The notes under the pieces: generated by a model
Database searches by the model: none
What the model saw: only the letters and a program-made list of their open reading frames with translations
What the model was told of the DNA's origin: nothing
Made by a program: the position numbers and the translations under genes
Shown: positions 18,691 through 21,336 of the stretch, piece by piece
How the letters are laid out: each line of letters starts with the position of its first letter
Position numbering within the stretch: position 1 is the first letter of the stretch
Assembly (NCBI GenBank): GCA_033764015.1
Contig: JANRJK010000010.1
Span: forward strand, 1-21,336
From: Candidatus Sumerlaeia bacterium
GTDB taxonomy: Bacteria > Sumerlaeota > Sumerlaeia > SLMS01 > JANRJK01
Length of the DNA: 21,336 nt
Reading direction: 5' to 3'

Positions 18691-18781
18691 CAGCCACACT
18701 CCGCTAGAGTGAAGTTACCGAGCCCTAAGTGGTGCAGCAGGCGGATACCACCGCAACCCCGCCTTCCATCTGGAGAACAAC

Positions 18782-21199
18782 TTAGTGTACATTCAATCCG
18801 TTCCACCCGTAAGTAGTCGGCATACTGGACACCTCCAGATTGTCCCAACCAACCCGCCTCTTAGTTGACCATACTCCGAAAGCCCCGTGGCTTTCAAGGT
18901 TGGTACCACCAGCTGGAGGTGGGTTCAACCGAATCGCCGTCTGTCGCACACCGTTTAGGTAGACCTCAAAGTAATGGTTGTTGTCAATCTCGTCAGGACG
19001 CAAGAGCTCTGACACACAAATGGAGTTAGAGACGTAAGGGCTTACGGTAGTATTTAGCAGTTGTTGCTCCAGAAACTCGAGGGTTATCTGATTGTCGGAT
19101 AGGCGCCTGAGACGGCGAACTCGGGATACCTCCAATCGAGGAGGATTCTGGTCGAGATTGAACCCTGCAAATCCAAACTCAAGTTGCTCGTGGGGCGTCC
19201 CGTTATACTGAAGCTGAGCCTTCCGCACATTGAACACAACGCCCGTCTTGGAGGTTGCCGTACCGGTAGTTCCTGGAATGTCACTATTAAGTACGCGCAG
19301 CTCCATTGATAGCGTCGGCCTCCCCACATCGAAAGACGAAGTGATAAGAGCGCCCTGCGGTGATGAATAGTTTCCACTGACAAGACACCATCTGTCTGGG
19401 GAGCCTGAAGGAGATGGCTGTTTCTGAACACTCTCCCACACTCCCGCCGAAGTGAGCCAGTTTCCCCTTAGTGCTTGGAATGCAACAGGATTGTCATAAA
19501 AGTCGAACGATTCCTCGGCCCCCACTGTGAATGCGTATCCATCCACTAAGAGAGTTTCTGTTGTCCCGGAGTCTTGCCACTCAACCGCTCCAAGATCGCT
19601 ATCCGTTTTGAACAGGAATGGATCGCTGGTCCAAGGACCCACCTGCACTTGCCACTTCCGTCCAACTCTAGAAATGGTTATCTTCTTCCACTCTTGAACC
19701 GAGGTGAATGCAGGGGCAGAAACACCTGCAGCGTTGGTTGTGAGAACACGCTGTATAGTATCGTACTCAGAACTGACGCCTCTAGTCAGAAATTGCAATT
19801 CACCAGTCTCCAGAGAATAGTCGATCCCCACGAATCCTTCTTCCATCGATATTCCAACAGGAGGGCGAACTAGCCTAGGTGAGACGCCAGCCCCATCTGC
19901 GCGATATGCTGGGGGCAATTCCTGGGGGACCATTGAGCGAATGCCAAATCGAAAGTGCTGCCCGGCAAATTGTCCGCTCTCCGAGGCTACCCAAAGGCTC
20001 ATACGGAAATTGTCAAACATCGTATCCGTAATCTTATAACTCTCCACAACGCCATCCCCATCTAGGTCACCGTCGTAGTCGATTATCATCCGTGCGCCAC
20101 CGTTCAACCTCAAGGCCCCTGATCCATCAGGGCTGAATTGGACATCCGCGCTCAAACTGGAGGGGAAGTTTTCCGGTAGCCTTACTCGAAGTGGAAAGGT
20201 AGGCCGGTTGTCATCAAAGAAGACCGCCTGCGTTGCAAGCCTGGGCCTACTGATAGGGAGTGTCGTCGGCGATGATGGAGCGCTGGGAAGGGGAAAGGGC
20301 GATGGGAGTCGGGAGGATGTCGGCTCGGCCAAGAACTCTTGGCGAGGATAAGAATAGTGTGTGGTTATATGGTCGAATCTGGAAGCCGCGATCACTCGCC
20401 TATAGTCAACGAGCGTCTGTCCAGGAAGGCTGCAATCTTCAAACCCACTGGTTGGAGAAATCTTTTGATGATACACAAACCAGTCATGAAATCCCGAGGG
20501 TGCCTTAACTAAGGCGCCATGACCCGGTCCGTAAACTTCGCTTGTCCATGGGATTCGCGGTGACATCACGCTCTTCAGAAATGGATTTGCAGTGGAACCT
20601 AGATTGTGCTTGGTCCACCCTTGGAGCGGATGCACTGAAGAGGCAACACCGACTGCATACGAAGCAGTATGGGCAAAATTCCCCGAGTATAGCATGTAGT
20701 ACAAATTGCCCTTTCGGTAGACGTGAGGCGCCTCAGCTACCCCAAATCGCAACCCAGGAATCGGTTCTACCCCTTCCCATGTTCCCGGCTCAGCAAATAG
20801 AACTCTCGATGGAATAGTTCCGGGCGCGAATTGGGTAGGATCCGAGGCATCGAGCCGTTGTGCATAGATCGCCCTGTCCTGATACTGTGCCCAGTAGAGG
20901 TAAGGAGTACCGTCATGATCAACAAAAGCATCCGCATCGATCGCGCCCGCCGGTACTCCAATGGGCTGAGGTAAGGGAGACTGTATTGTGATATCGCTGA
21001 AAAGGCCAAAGGGCGTTGCTTGTGAAGAGTTCGCGGGAGTGAACTTCGCGACCCCTAGAGCTTGCGTGCTCACATCTATCGGTGAATCCGGACCAGCAGT
21101 GTAAAACATGTAGAAACTGCCACCGATGTATTCTACATCAGGTGCCCAAAATGCTCCTTCATCTTTCCATGGGCTTGAGGATGCCACAGCATTATCTAG
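18782..21199 (-). pseudogene. Multidomain GH43 glycoside hydrolase, 5'-truncated by an IS; C-terminal beta-rich domains; low GC
   Basis: FWAPDV, AIDADAFVDHDGTPYLYW, AEAPHVYRKGNLYYMLYSGN, YAVGVASS, GPGHG, WFVYHQ. The first propeller blade (DP motif) and any signal peptide are missing. About 50% GC in sampled lines. Confidence 0.75.
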
Positions 21200-21336
21200 C
21201 AGCCTGTCGAACTGGCGGCGCTGGCGGCGCCGATTTGCGATTCCGGGGCGGTTTTTTCGGTTCCGTGGTTTTCCGGGGCGTTTCTTGGCTCCGGCGAGTG
21301 TCTGTGAGGGCCCGGCGAGGAGCGTTCCGGGGGGCG
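21200..21336 (-). mobile_element. End of an insertion sequence (IS1182/IS5-like) with the transposase C-terminus; target CTAG at 21196-21199
   Basis: Abrupt GC jump at CTAG|CAGCCTGTCGAA. The minus frame reads ...ESQIGAASAASSTGC* with the TAG stop supplied by the target CTAG. The sequence ends within the element. Confidence 0.7.

Noticed and set aside
21212..21290. Short repeats (CTGGCGGCG x2, TTCCGGGGCG x2) as a CRISPR or iteron array
   Set aside because: Too short and too few; they lie in the putative IS end.

Overview
High-GC (roughly 70% or more by eye) bacterial chromosomal segment, probably a whole assembly contig: a 70-nt poly-C artefact sits at the left end and the sequence runs into an insertion sequence at the right end. 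It is mostly housekeeping and envelope genes: lysA, a CMD/AhpD protein, ruvB, a CorB/CNNM transporter, an acidic TPR protein, a BFD-like 2Fe-2S protein, a TagF-like GT-B protein, crcB/fluC, a GT-C-like membrane protein, a TfoX-C protein, groES-groEL, purH, phoD and a TPR-methyltransferase. Two lower-GC accessory pieces stand out. One is a two-domain orphan gene between groEL and purH that resembles a toxin-immunity fusion. The other is a ~50% GC multidomain GH43 glycosidase whose 5' end appears cut off by an IS1182/IS5-like element inserted at CTAG. The most interesting regulatory signals are a well-spaced sigma54 promoter before a somewhat divergent groESL, an apparently leaderless, riboswitch-free crcB promoter overlapped by a palindrome, and a possible Pro-rich leader peptide coupled to the CorB gene. 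I found no CRISPR array, tRNA, rRNA, integrase, or clearly novel multi-gene system. All family assignments come from motif recognition, not database searches.
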